The position numbers were made by a program, and so were the translations under genes. Below are positions 63,731 to 64,000 of a DNA stretch of 64,000 bases, in pieces. Source of the DNA: a virus. Its lineage: Duplodnaviria; Heunggongvirae; Uroviricota; Caudoviricetes. The DNA is taken from the IMG/VR virus record IMGVR_UViG_3300002220_000285; one strand, 5' to 3'. How positions within the stretch are numbered: the stretch's first letter is position 1; each line of letters begins with the position of its first letter. The notes beneath the pieces were generated by a model, which saw nothing but the letters and a program-made list of their open reading frames with translations, was not told the DNA's origin and did not search any database.

Positions 63731-63757
63731 GACAAGTCCTTGATTTTCAAGGACTTG
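63731..63757. repeat. perfect hairpin ACAAGTCCTTGA-TTT-TCAAGGACTTGT between chaperone ORF and tape measure start
   Basis: 12-bp inverted arms with 3-nt loop. Confidence 0.6.
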
Positions 63758-63998
63758 TCGCTTGCTTCTCTGACGCAGATTTAGACTCTGCTTTTTCTGC
63801 TTGGTATTCCATGTAGGTCTGATCCAAGCGCCCAATTAGGCGGAAGAACCAATCCCTATCCTCTACAGAAGTAACGCCGTACTCATCGCAGTAACGAGCC
63901 TTGGAGGAGAACGGGATGTACCCAACTCCTCCCATTCCCCCGATCGGGCGATCGGTGTTGAGGAAGTAGAAAACCTCGAGCCAGTGCCGCAGTTCCAC
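63747..63998 (-). CDS. putative tail assembly chaperone (G/GT-like), possibly N-terminally truncated by window edge
   Basis: Position immediately upstream of tape measure gene; small acidic protein. Confidence 0.35.
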   Translation of the reverse strand: MELRHWLEVFYFLNTDRPIGGMGGVGYIPFSSKARYCDEYGVTSVEDRDWFFRLIGRLDQTYMEYQAEKAESKSASEKQATSP

Positions 63999-64000
63999 CG

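Overview
This 64-kb window is almost entirely a GC-rich (~60%) tailed-phage genome, most likely a temperate siphovirus with a lambda-like tail module. The host is presumably a GC-rich proteobacterium; any resemblance to YuA-like Pseudomonas siphoviruses is a recollection, not a verified match.

Layout:
- **1-251:** 3' end of a plus-strand gene.
- **252-1330:** a ~1.1-kb non-coding leader with a large perfect inverted repeat and an AT-rich island of operator- or iteron-like palindromes.
- **1.3-25 kb:** ~60 small, tightly packed plus-strand early genes, many overlapping as ATGA/GTGA start-stop pairs. Recognisable products are a bactofilin-like hexapeptide-repeat protein, an ArdA-like DNA mimic, an HTH regulator, an SPFH/band-7 lipoprotein membrane module and an ATP-dependent DNA ligase.
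- **25-46 kb:** a plus-strand replication, nucleotide-metabolism and recombination module. It holds an SNF2 helicase, a primase-polymerase/helicase fusion, tRNA-Arg(UCU), a DnaQ-like exonuclease, MazG, an unknown 365-aa protein, ThyX, a dNMP kinase, a TraR/DksA zinc finger, a family-A DNA polymerase, a C5 DNA methyltransferase, a dCMP deaminase, four paralogous HNH endonucleases, a PD-(D/E)xK nuclease and SbcD/SbcC homologues.
- **46.4-48.2 kb:** an AlpA/Xis-like gene, a minus-strand tyrosine integrase, and an attP-like tRNA 3' fragment.
- **48.4-64 kb:** minus-strand lysis genes (a GH19 endolysin with an unusual C-terminal membrane extension and an embedded lipoprotein), a secreted SGNH/GDSL lipoprotein moron, and lambda-like tail genes (a 2033-aa J-like fibre, then I-, K-, L- and M-like proteins, a 1551-aa tape measure and the start of a chaperone).

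Two sequence features stand out and may be previously undescribed:
1. A 15-bp quasi-palindrome, CCCTAAC-N-GTTAGGG, occurs in about 20 intergenic copies, all within the first 17.6 kb. It usually contains the TAA stop codon of the upstream gene. It is followed by a conserved leader, CTACTT(T/C)TGGAGAG, that recurs upstream of genes out to ~24.8 kb.
2. A 556-bp purine-rich, T-poor, stop-codon-rich non-coding segment carries AGAACC iteron-like repeats. It sits directly upstream of a gene for a helix-hairpin-helix protein.

All functional calls rest on motifs read by eye. No database searches were run.
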